Assembly: GCA_022425325.1 (NCBI GenBank)
Contig: JAKMFW010000015.1
Coordinates: 15,937-79,936, forward strand
Source: Acidimicrobiales bacterium
Lineage (GTDB): Bacteria > Actinomycetota > Acidimicrobiia > Acidimicrobiales > Aldehydirespiratoraceae
Direction: 5' to 3'
Length of the DNA: 64,000 bases
Both the position numbers and the translations under genes were made by a program. Positions 54,166-62,216 of the stretch are shown in pieces; positions within the stretch are counted from its first letter, which is position 1; the number at the start of each line of letters is the position of its first letter. The notes below the pieces were generated by a model. It was not told the origin of the DNA. It saw only the letters and a list, made by a program, of their open reading frames with translations, and did no database searches.

Positions 54166-54806
54166 GACTTGATCGTAGATGCGGTGTTCATCGCACCCCG
54201 AATCGAGTCACGGGTGGCGTCGAAGTGACCGGTCTCGTTCAGCGTGGTGAGCGACACCCGCCCGTCGGTCACGGCGAAGCGACAGATCGAGGCGTACTCC
54301 AGTTGGGCGTGAAACGACGCTGGCATCTCGCCGAAGGTCGCTCGGATGATCTCGCGGATCGTGCCGCCATGGCAGCCGATGACGACGTGCTCGCCTGGCG
54401 GGTCGGCGACGAGCTCGCGCCAGACGTTTGCGATCCGCTCGCGGAAAACGTCGGGCGGGTCGTAGCCGATGTCGGCGTAGCGCTTCTCCCCCAACGCCTC
54501 CAGGATGTCGAGGCCCTCGGTCGCCCACATGTCGGTGGGGACGTAGACCGACGAGAAGCGATCGATCTCGTCGAGATCGGCGACGATCGTGAGCGGCACG
54601 TCGAGCTGATCGACGAGTGGCTGCACGGTCTCGATGGCGCGGGCCTTCGGGCTCGCCACGACAGCGTCGACCGGCTCGTGAGCCAGCCAGGCGCAGACTC
54701 GCTCGGCCTGCCAGCGGCCGAACTCGTCGAGTGACGGGTCGGCGATCCCCGATTCGAGCCGTTCGGTCAACGGCCGCCCGTGGCGAACGACAACGAACTC
54801 GGACAT
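54162..54806 (-). CDS. histidine phosphatase (phosphoglycerate-mutase-like) family protein
   Basis: ORF 54162..55241. ATG 54806 (MSEFVVVRHGRP contains the RHG motif). Later CHGGTIR. 1-nt overlap with the aquaporin stop. Confidence 0.8.
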   Translation of the reverse strand: MSEFVVVRHGRPLTERLESGIADPSLDEFGRWQAERVCAWLAHEPVDAVVASPKARAIETVQPLVDQLDVPLTIVADLDEIDRFSSVYVPTDMWATEGLDILEALGEKRYADIGYDPPDVFRERIANVWRELVADPPGEHVVIGCHGGTIREIIRATFGEMPASFHAQLEYASICRFAVTDGRVSLTTLNETGHFDATRDSIRGAMNTASTIKS

Positions 54807-55483
54807 CAGGAAGCTCCAGTCTCGGCGTCGTCGGGATAGAGCGCTCGGACGACGGCGACGGCGAGCAGGGCGCCGGCGAACTGCATCACGATGAACATCG
54901 GTGCCGAACCGGGATGGATACCGGCGAAGGTGTTCGACAGTGTCCGAGTGACCGACACAGCCGGGTTGGCGAACGATGTCGACGAGGTGAACCAGTACGC
55001 GCCACCGATGTAGGCGGCGACCGCCGACGCAACGAGGTGGCTCCGGCCGGTGCGCACCAAGGAGAAGATCAGCATCATCAGGCCGAAGGTGGCGATGAGT
55101 TCGCCGAGGTACTGGCCGCCACCGTCGCGGACCTTGTCGCTGAGGTTGATCGCATCGAGGTCGAACATGAGGTTGGCGGCCATCACGCCGACGGCACCGC
55201 CGGACAGTTGGGCTGCGACATACGGGCCGAGGTCGACCCATGGCCGCTTCTGCAGCAGGACGTCGGCGAGTGTGACCGCCGGGTTGAGGTGCGCGCCGGA
55301 GATCTCGCCGAACATCAGGATGACGGCGTAGAGCACGCCGACGGTGGCCGCTGTGTTGGCGAGCAGCTGCAACCCGACATCGTCGGTGAGGCGTTCGGCC
55401 ATGATGCCCGACCCGATGACGCCGACGAGAAGGAAGGCGGTGCCGAGGAATTCGGCGAGCAGACGGCGGGCGAGATCGTTCAC
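54806..55483 (-). CDS. MIP-family channel (aquaporin/glycerol-facilitator-like)
   Basis: ORF 54806..55654. Probable GTG 55483 (VNDLARRLLAEFLGTAFLL). Two NPA boxes (SGAHLNPAVT and SFANPAVS). No Shine-Dalgarno sequence is seen, so the start is uncertain. Confidence 0.85.
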   Translation of the reverse strand: MNDLARRLLAEFLGTAFLLVGVIGSGIMAERLTDDVGLQLLANTAATVGVLYAVILMFGEISGAHLNPAVTLADVLLQKRPWVDLGPYVAAQLSGGAVGVMAANLMFDLDAINLSDKVRDGGGQYLGELIATFGLMMLIFSLVRTGRSHLVASAVAAYIGGAYWFTSSTSFANPAVSVTRTLSNTFAGIHPGSAPMFIVMQFAGALLAVAVVRALYPDDAETGAS

Positions 55484-55501
55484 AGGCGGAGTTGTACTAC
55501 A

Positions 55502-55668
55502 GCGGGGCGGGTTCCCCACGCTGTCGACACCGAGTGTTCTGGGCTTGGGCCCGGCCGGCGATCGCCGTCGACCGGGCCCCAGTTTCCCTGGAGGGGGATC
55601 GGGGGCCGGAAGCCCCCGAGCTGGTGTCAGAACGGCCCTGCATCCGTATGACACCGAACCCGTCAGGG
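55502..55668 (-). promoter_or_regulatory. long GC-rich structured 5' leader of the MIP operon (four predicted hairpins)
   Basis: Four stems. GGTGTCA/TGACACC at 55623-55655. CGGGGGC/GCCCCCG at 55600-55618. GGGCCCGG...CCGGGCCC with an inner CGGCGA/TCGCCG at 55547-55579. A GCG(U)GGG/CCCCGC stem at about 55502-55523. Confidence 0.4.
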
Positions 55669-55697
55669 ACCTTAGTGCAGCGACGCAACGATGTCAG
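55669..55697 (-). promoter_or_regulatory. candidate promoter (-35 CTGACA, 17 nt, -10 TAAGGT) for the MIP operon
   Basis: Minus-strand pattern match in the AT-richer part of the 266-nt intergenic region. Confidence 0.35.
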
Positions 55698-55749
55698 ATC
55701 CAGATGTAAACAAATCGACACGAGACAGCAACGAAGGGCTGACGTCGGC

Positions 55750-56343
55750 TCAAAATGTGGTGATTCCCCAGGCAAACACATGCTCGTGACCGAGTTCGGT
55801 TCCGGCGAAGGCGTCGGCTACATGTCGATACCGCGACAATGAGGTGAGGAACGAGATCGTCGGCGTAATGGCGTCGAGTTCACCGGCTTCGAGCCGAGCG
55901 AGCGTGTCGGCCGGCCGCTCCCACCACACCTCGACGAGTTCGTCATCGGCGACCTGCGCCTCGCCGCCGGGGTGGCGAGCGAGAAAGAACCGGGTGTCGT
56001 AGCGACGCGGCACCTCCTCGGGGGTCGTCCAGTGGCCCACCGCAGCGAACGCCGTGCCGTCATGCACCTCGTTCGGGTCGGGGAACAGGCCGACCTCCTC
56101 GCGCGTCTCGCGGATCGCGGCGTGGAGATACGCCGCCGCATCGGTAGCGGAAAGTCCGGGAGCCGTGGCGCCGGGCACGAGCGTGGGACCGAGTCGCCAG
56201 TCGTCGTCATCGACGGCGCCGCCCGGGTAGACGATCATGTCGCCGACGAACGCACCGGGTCGCCGGCGGCCGAGCAGCACGTGAAGATCGGGCCGATCGT
56301 CGATCACCACCAGTGAAGCCGCCGGGAGGGCGGGGACCGTCAC
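55750..56343 (-). CDS. NUDIX hydrolase
   Basis: 197 aa. The Nudix box region ends ...AAIRETREEVGL (REx2EE). 4-nt overlap with the upstream SDR gene. Confidence 0.85.
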   Translation of the reverse strand: MTVPALPAASLVVIDDRPDLHVLLGRRRPGAFVGDMIVYPGGAVDDDDWRLGPTLVPGATAPGLSATDAAAYLHAAIRETREEVGLFPDPNEVHDGTAFAAVGHWTTPEEVPRRYDTRFFLARHPGGEAQVADDELVEVWWERPADTLARLEAGELDAITPTISFLTSLSRYRHVADAFAGTELGHEHVFAWGITTF

Positions 56344-57125
56344 GTGTCGAAGTACTCGCCAGCGTTCACCAACAGGCGCTGTCCGGTAATCATCGAGCTG
56401 CGATCGGAGAGGAAGAACATCACCGATTCGGCGACGTCGGTATCGGCCGCCATCGCTCGAAGGGCGTTGGCCCTCGCCAGCTCGTTCTTGATGTCCTCCG
56501 GCTCAACCCCACGCTCACTCGCCTGCCACTGGCAGTACATCTGCACGTTCGGCCCCCACATCCAGCTCGGCACGACCGTGTTGACGCGGATTCCGTCCGG
56601 GCCGAGATCGTTGGCCAGGTCGCGGGCGACCGCGAGCAGCGCAGCCTTCGATGGCCCGTACACCCCCTGTGGCACCGGGTTGGACTTCATCGCCGACTGC
56701 GAGCCGATCAGCACGACCGCTCCCCCGCCATTGGTCTTGAGCGCCGGGACGGCAGCCCGGACGAGGTTGGTGGAGCCATAGACATTGACCTCGAGCACCT
56801 GGCGGAAGGTGTCGGCGTCCATGTCGAGGAGGGTGCCCATCACGGCGTCGTAGGCGGCGACGTTGACCACGCCGTCGAGACCACCGAACCGCTCGACACC
56901 GGCGGACACGGCCTCAGCGAGCGCGTCCGAGTCCATGATGTCGGCCGCCATCGCGAGCGTTCGCTCACCGCCCGGATCGAGTTCCGCAACCGCGCCCTGC
57001 AGACGATCCAGGTTGCGAGCGGTCGCGATCACGTTGGCGCCGTCGCGCAGCGCCGCCGCCGCACACGCACCACCGAGACCGGGACCGACCCCCGAGATCA
57101 GAATGGTCTTCCCCTCAAGCTCCAT
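56340..57125 (-). CDS. short-chain dehydrogenase/reductase
   Basis: ORF 56340..57188. ATG 57125 (MELEGKTILISGVGPGLG). YGPSKAAL (YxxxK). Confidence 0.85.
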   Translation of the reverse strand: MELEGKTILISGVGPGLGGACAAAALRDGANVIATARNLDRLQGAVAELDPGGERTLAMAADIMDSDALAEAVSAGVERFGGLDGVVNVAAYDAVMGTLLDMDADTFRQVLEVNVYGSTNLVRAAVPALKTNGGGAVVLIGSQSAMKSNPVPQGVYGPSKAALLAVARDLANDLGPDGIRVNTVVPSWMWGPNVQMYCQWQASERGVEPEDIKNELARANALRAMAADTDVAESVMFFLSDRSSMITGQRLLVNAGEYFDT

Positions 57126-57145
57126 TCCGACAGCCTGGCATGAGG

Positions 57146-58675
57146 TCAGGGCGCCGCCCAATCGACCGGCACCCCGACATCGGCACACGACGTGTCGAGC
57201 GTGCGGAGCGGATCGGCGACGAATCGCTGGACGATGCCGGCAATGCAGTTGTTGCCGAACCAGATGCCGTGGCCCCGGCCGTCCTGGGTGACGGTGGTGG
57301 CGTTGGCGAGGAGATCGGCGGCGGCGTCGGCAAAGGTCGACGGCGTGATCGGATCGAAGGTGCCCGACAGGAGCAGGGTCGGCAGATCCGATGCCACCGG
57401 TGTGCCGACGACGGCGTCAGCCTCGCCTTGCTCCCAAGCCGGGCAGAGGTTTCGGAGCGGTTCGACCGGCACTGCCGAACCGAAACCACCGTCGTGGTCG
57501 ACGAACCCGCCGGAGGTGAAGGGCAGACGGTCGTGACACTGCACGGCGAAGTAGGTGCCTTCGCGATTGGCGTTGTAGGCCGCCGTTAGGGTGCGCGTGC
57601 CGACCCGAGCGAGCCACCGTTCGGCATCGGGATCACCGTCGGCGATACCGGTCAACGTCGCCGGAAGGTAGCGGGCTAGCGATTCGTTGTAGAGCAACAG
57701 GAACACGAACTCGGCGAGACGGGTGCCGTCGAGGCGGACGTCGACCTCGCGGTCGAAGCCAGTTTCGTTCGGACTCAGGGTGACGACGCGTGGCGATTCG
57801 TCGAGTTCGGCGATCAACAGGTCGAGACTGAGGGCCACATCGGGGTTGAGATCGGTGCACCGGGTGCTCCGGCCGCAGGTGGCACTGAGCGCGTCGATCG
57901 ACCGTTGGGCGGTGATGGCGACCGACGTGTCGACATCGAGATCGGGCGGGTAGACGCCGTCGAGGACCGTGCCCACGAGTCCCGCCGGAGGCTGACGAAG
58001 CAGCTCGAATCCGATCGTGGTGCCGTACGACACCCCGTACGCGACCCAGCGGTCATAGCCGAGACCGGCCATCACCTGGCCGACGTCGAAGGCATGGTTC
58101 TGGGTCGTGGCGGCGTCGAGCAGACGATCACCGGCGAGCCGCTCGGCGCAGGCGTCGAGGGCACCGGCGGCGAGTTCGCGGCTGCGTTCGCCATCGCGTT
58201 CGACAAGCGCAGGGATCACACCGTCGAATTCAGGGCAATCGAAGTCGGCCGGGGCGAAGCCGGTACCCCGCTGGTCGACGAAGACTTGGGTGAACGGCTG
58301 TTGCGGGAAGAAGCCGGCAAGATCCGAGCTGGACCCACCCGGGCCGCCTTGGAGGACGGCGACCGGCGTGCGGAAGCCGACGTCGTAGCCCGCCATGGTC
58401 GCGATCGAGATCGATGCCGTGGCACCGGATCCGGCGGTTGGATCGAGCGCGACCTCGGCGATACCGCAGGCGACGGTGTCGGCGGCGATCGTCGATGGGC
58501 AGTCGACCTGCGTGATCGCTGCGGGCGCGCGCGCAACTGCGCCCGGAGTGGTCGGGGCCGGCACGGCGGCGTCCGCGACGGTCGTCGTGACCAGCGGTGG
58601 TGCAGCCGCGTTGTCGCCGCACGCAGCAGCGAGGACCGCCGTCACCATGACAGCGGCCGCAAGCCGACGTTTCAC
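57146..58675 (-). CDS. lipoprotein alpha/beta hydrolase, tripeptidyl-aminopeptidase (Tap/SlpD)-like
   Basis: ORF 57146..59344. GTG 58675 gives (M)KRRLAAAVMVTAVLAAAC with the lipobox LAAC. Nucleophile motif GVSYGT. C-terminal TAP-like region LLLSGTFDPITP. Confidence 0.8.
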   Translation of the reverse strand: MKRRLAAAVMVTAVLAAACGDNAAAPPLVTTTVADAAVPAPTTPGAVARAPAAITQVDCPSTIAADTVACGIAEVALDPTAGSGATASISIATMAGYDVGFRTPVAVLQGGPGGSSSDLAGFFPQQPFTQVFVDQRGTGFAPADFDCPEFDGVIPALVERDGERSRELAAGALDACAERLAGDRLLDAATTQNHAFDVGQVMAGLGYDRWVAYGVSYGTTIGFELLRQPPAGLVGTVLDGVYPPDLDVDTSVAITAQRSIDALSATCGRSTRCTDLNPDVALSLDLLIAELDESPRVVTLSPNETGFDREVDVRLDGTRLAEFVFLLLYNESLARYLPATLTGIADGDPDAERWLARVGTRTLTAAYNANREGTYFAVQCHDRLPFTSGGFVDHDGGFGSAVPVEPLRNLCPAWEQGEADAVVGTPVASDLPTLLLSGTFDPITPSTFADAAADLLANATTVTQDGRGHGIWFGNNCIAGIVQRFVADPLRTLDTSCADVGVPVDWAAP

Positions 58676-59472
58676 CAGAGCTGATCGGTGTAGGTGTCGG
58701 TGCCGACGATGGTCGGCAAGAACGGGGCTGCGAAGCTCACCACGCCCTTGCCCGAAGCATCGAGGTCGGCGGCATAGGTCCGGAAGCGGTCCCAGACGGC
58801 GGCCGGGTCGTCCTCGAGGAAGAACATCTGCAGGCGTCGTTCCGGAGGGCCCGGCGGCATGCCGAGATCCATCGGGGCCTGCTCGGTGCCTTCGCCCATC
58901 TGGATGTAACGCCACGACACCATGCTGGCGATCGGCGAGTTCGCGAGGAGTGCCGGGAGCGCCGTTTCGTCGAGGTGAGCGCCCAGTTCTTCGTCGCTCA
59001 CACCCTCGGCGGGATCGACCGCCACGACGGCGAGGCCCTGGTAGTGGTGATCGAAGGCGAGTTCGATCGGAACCGGATCGTCGTCTCGGTAGGCGTGTTC
59101 GGGGTTGGAGAGCAACACCGTGTGGGCGTGCTGGCGCTCCATGAACCCTCGGTTGTTCATGTAGAGGTCGACGACCTGATTGCCGGCCCAGTCGAAGTGC
59201 TCCTTGTGCTTGTCCTCGAGCACCCAGTAGGTCGCAAGGTAGGAACCCTTGTCGTGGGGGCTGGCAACCGGGGTGTCGCCCTCGGGGAAGCGGAGATCCT
59301 TCATCGCCCGGGTGGCGACCCACCGCTTGCCGGCAAACAGCCACGGGCCGATCATGCAGCCGGCGTAGAAGTGGTCGCGCTCGTACCAGCGGTTGTAGGC
59401 GACCTCGTGACCCTTGCTCGGGTCGACGAGGGTGAACAGCGCCGAACCGGCAACGATTGGGTAGTCATTCAT
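58672..59472 (-). CDS. conserved-looking hypothetical protein (266 aa)
   Basis: Full-length ORF with high third-position GC, overlapping the downstream lipoprotein start. No motif recognised (MNDYPIVAGSALFTLVDPSKGHEVAYNRWYERDHFYAG...). Confidence 0.6.
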   Translation of the reverse strand: MNDYPIVAGSALFTLVDPSKGHEVAYNRWYERDHFYAGCMIGPWLFAGKRWVATRAMKDLRFPEGDTPVASPHDKGSYLATYWVLEDKHKEHFDWAGNQVVDLYMNNRGFMERQHAHTVLLSNPEHAYRDDDPVPIELAFDHHYQGLAVVAVDPAEGVSDEELGAHLDETALPALLANSPIASMVSWRYIQMGEGTEQAPMDLGMPPGPPERRLQMFFLEDDPAAVWDRFRTYAADLDASGKGVVSFAAPFLPTIVGTDTYTDQLW

Positions 59473-59479
59473 GGCTTCC

Positions 59480-59947
59480 TCAGGAGTCGTAGACGGTGCG
59501 GCCGATCCAATCGGCGACGAGGGCCGGTTTGCCTTCGCCCTCGATTTCGACCGTGATCGTGCGGGTGGAGTTGACGGCGGTGCCCTTGAGTTCGACGGCC
59601 GAGGTGACGGCCGAGGCCCGGATGCGCTTGCCCGACAGCACCGGGTTGATGAAGCGGACCTTTTCGAAGCCGTAGTTGATGCCCATCTGGATGCCCTCGA
59701 GCGGGATCTCGTTGGGGATCGAGGCGGTGAGCTTCACCAGCATCGACAGGGTGAGGAAGCCGTGGGCGATCGTGCCGCCGAAGACCGGGGTCGCCCGCTC
59801 CGGATCGATATGGATGAACTGGTGATCGTGGGTGCAGTCGGCGAAGTCGTTGATCTGCTCCTGGGTGATCTGGAACCAGTCGCCGGTGGCTTCGTCGTTG
59901 CCTACGCGGGCGTTGATCGCCTCGTAGGCGGCGGCAGCGTTGCTCAT
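59480..59947 (-). CDS. MaoC-like (R)-hydratase / hot-dog fold dehydratase
   Basis: ORF 59480..60025. ATG 59947. FADCTHDHQFIHIDPERA..FGGTIAHGFLT is the hydratase-2 motif region. Confidence 0.85.
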   Translation of the reverse strand: MSNAAAAYEAINARVGNDEATGDWFQITQEQINDFADCTHDHQFIHIDPERATPVFGGTIAHGFLTLSMLVKLTASIPNEIPLEGIQMGINYGFEKVRFINPVLSGKRIRASAVTSAVELKGTAVNSTRTITVEIEGEGKPALVADWIGRTVYDS

Positions 59948-59981
59948 GTCGTTTCTCCGTTCCGGGGACGTGGCGGGGACC

Positions 59982-60833
59982 TTAGTTCCGGAGCGCGACG
60001 GCGAGCATTTCGGCTGCCGGGTCAACGGCGGCGCCGTCGCGGCGGGCGAGGACGAGGGTCCGTTCGGCGATCACCCGCCCCGGGCCGAAGTCCGGTCCGG
60101 CTTGGACGACCGGCAGCACGGTCGAGCCCACCCCGAGCTCGACCATCGTGCGGAGCACTTCGGGCTGGTTCGATTCTGCCACGATCGTGGTCGGCGCACC
60201 GAGGCGCTGCAGGGCTTCCTCGGCGATCGCGCGGGTGTGGGAACCCTGGGCGAACAGCACCCATGGACCCCATGCGGTGACGTCACGGGGCAGACCTCGC
60301 GTCGGGGTGAAGACGGCGAGCGGCTCGTTCATCAGCGACTCGGTGTGGACGCCCCGTCGGGTGTGTCCTCCGACGACGACCGCAAGGTCGAGGTCGCCCG
60401 ATTCGATTTCGTCGAGCAGTTCGCCTGACGGCGCGACCCGCAACGTGAGGTGAAGCTCAGGGTGATCGTCGCGGAACTGGCGGAGCACGTCGGTGAAGTG
60501 GCCGACGGCTGCGGCATCGATCATGCCGACCCGCAACTCGCCCGCCCGACCGGTGCGGGTGCGCTCCGCCCAGTCGGCGAGATCGCTGGTGAGGGCGATG
60601 ACCTGTCGGGCGTGGGCGAGCACCGGTTCGGCGGTCGGCCGCAACGTGCGTCGGCGACCCTCCCGATCGAACAGCGGTACGCCGATACGGCGCTCGAGTT
60701 CGCTCAATCCCTGCGAGAGCGCGGAGGGCGACACACCGATCCGGGCTGCGGCATCAGCCCACGACGGTTCGGTGGACACGGCCACGAGATAGTCGAGTTG
60801 GCGAATGGAGAGGTCCGGGAGCGCAGGAGTCAC
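59982..60833 (-). CDS. LysR-family transcriptional regulator
   Basis: 283 aa. GTG start. wHTH region IRQLDYLVAVSTEPSWADAAARIGVSPSALSQGLSELERRIGVPLFDR. TATTCT box 6 nt upstream suggests a leaderless transcript. Confidence 0.88.
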   Translation of the reverse strand: MTPALPDLSIRQLDYLVAVSTEPSWADAAARIGVSPSALSQGLSELERRIGVPLFDREGRRRTLRPTAEPVLAHARQVIALTSDLADWAERTRTGRAGELRVGMIDAAAVGHFTDVLRQFRDDHPELHLTLRVAPSGELLDEIESGDLDLAVVVGGHTRRGVHTESLMNEPLAVFTPTRGLPRDVTAWGPWVLFAQGSHTRAIAEEALQRLGAPTTIVAESNQPEVLRTMVELGVGSTVLPVVQAGPDFGPGRVIAERTLVLARRDGAAVDPAAEMLAVALRN

Positions 60834-60839
60834 CCGTGC

Positions 60840-60882
60840 AGAATAGTTCAGAGTTGCTTTACTAAATCAGATTCTTGTTGAT
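60840..60882. promoter_or_regulatory. AT-rich divergent control region between LysR and ino1 with dyad ATCA-N9-TGAT (60866-60882)
   Basis: The -10-like TATTCT (minus strand, 60840-60845) and the dyad were read directly. The dyad spacing is T-N13-A, not the canonical LysR T-N11-A. Confidence 0.35.
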
Positions 60883-60890
60883 CATTCCTT

Positions 60891-62201
60891 ATGGTGTTGT
60901 CCATGACGAAGAACATCGCCCCCGCAACCGGCAAGCTCGGTGTGCTGACGCCCGGACTCGGTGCCGTCGCCTCGACCTTCATCGCCGGCGTCCTGTCCGC
61001 CCGCCAGACCGGTGTCGCCCCACTCGGCTCGGTCTCCCAGATGGCCCACATCCGTCTCGGTACCCGGGAAGAGGGCCGCAACCCCCTCATCAAGGACTTC
61101 GCTCCCCTCGCCTCACTCGACGACATCGTCTTCGGTGGCTGGGATCCGATCTCCGCCAACGCCCTCGAGGCCGCCCGCACCTGCGGCGTGCTCGAAGAAA
61201 AGGATCTCTCCCCCATCGCCCAGGAACTCGAGGGTGTCGTCGCCATGGACGCCGTCTTCGACCAGACGTGGGTGAGCCGTCTCGAAGGAACCCGCGTCAA
61301 GTCCGAGACCAACAAATGGGACCAGGCCATGGCGCTCATGGCCGACATCGAGAACTTCAGGGTCGAGAACGGGTGCGACCGTCTCGTCATGGTCTGGTGC
61401 GGTTCGACGGAGGCCTTCCAGGAGCCGTCGGCCGTCCACGAGACCGTCGCCGCGTTCGAGCAGGGCCTCAAGGACAACGACGACAACATCTCGCCCTCAC
61501 AGATCTACGTGTACGCCGCGCTACAGAGCGATGTGCCGTTCGCCAACGGCGCGCCGAACCTCTCGACCGACCTGCCCTGCATGCAGGAGCTCTCGCACAC
61601 CCGCGGGGTCCCGATCGCCGGTAAGGATTTCAAGACGGGCCAGACCCTCATGAAGACCCTGCTCGCGCCCGGCCTCAAGGCCCGCATGCTCGGTCTACGC
61701 GGCTGGTACTCGACCAACATCCTTGGCAACCGCGACGGCGAAGTGCTCGACGCCCCCGAGAACTTCAAGACCAAGGAAGAGTCGAAGCTCGGCGTACTCC
61801 ACAAGATCCTCGAGCCCGAGGTGTACCCCGAGCTCTACGGCAACGTCGACCATGTCGTGCGCATCAACTACTACCCGCCCCGCGGCGACAACAAGGAAGG
61901 CTGGGACGCCGTCGACATCTTCGGCTGGATGGGATACCCCATGCAGATCAAGATCGACTTCCTGTGCCGCGACTCGATCCTGGCGGCACCAATCGTGCTC
62001 GACCTCGCACTGTTCATGGACCTCGCCCACCGGGCCGGTGAGTCGGGTGTGCAGGAGTGGTTGAGCTTCTATCTGAAGGCCCCGCAGGCCGCCGGTGACA
62101 ATCCCGCCGAGCAGGACCTCTTCATCCAGCAGACCAAGCTCAAGAACACCCTTCGCGAGTGGATGGGCGAGCTGCCCGTCACCCACAGCGAGGCGGGCTG
62201 A
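60891..62201 (+). CDS. ino1: inositol-3-phosphate synthase (long, about 430-aa type)
   Basis: 436 aa (or 432 aa from ATG 60903). NGAPN, GKDFKTGQT, STNILGNRDG and DSILAAPIVLDLALF blocks are typical of MIPS. Confidence 0.88.
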   Translation: MVLSMTKNIAPATGKLGVLTPGLGAVASTFIAGVLSARQTGVAPLGSVSQMAHIRLGTREEGRNPLIKDFAPLASLDDIVFGGWDPISANALEAARTCGVLEEKDLSPIAQELEGVVAMDAVFDQTWVSRLEGTRVKSETNKWDQAMALMADIENFRVENGCDRLVMVWCGSTEAFQEPSAVHETVAAFEQGLKDNDDNISPSQIYVYAALQSDVPFANGAPNLSTDLPCMQELSHTRGVPIAGKDFKTGQTLMKTLLAPGLKARMLGLRGWYSTNILGNRDGEVLDAPENFKTKEESKLGVLHKILEPEVYPELYGNVDHVVRINYYPPRGDNKEGWDAVDIFGWMGYPMQIKIDFLCRDSILAAPIVLDLALFMDLAHRAGESGVQEWLSFYLKAPQAAGDNPAEQDLFIQQTKLKNTLREWMGELPVTHSEAG

Positions 62202-62216
62202 ACCGACCGGCGACGG

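Noticed and set aside
55652-55690. A plus-strand segment CCGAACCCGUCAGGGACCUUAGUGCAGCG resembles my recollection of the 3' conserved block of the c-di-AMP (ydaO) riboswitch (CCGAAUCCGNCAGCUAACCUCGUAAGCG). A GGGGAACCC block also occurs on the minus strand near 55508.
   Set aside because: The two resemblances are on opposite strands, and the other conserved blocks are missing or out of order. The plus-strand match has no plus-strand gene downstream, because both flanking genes are on the minus strand. I treat it as coincidental unless an Rfam RF00379 covariance scan says otherwise.
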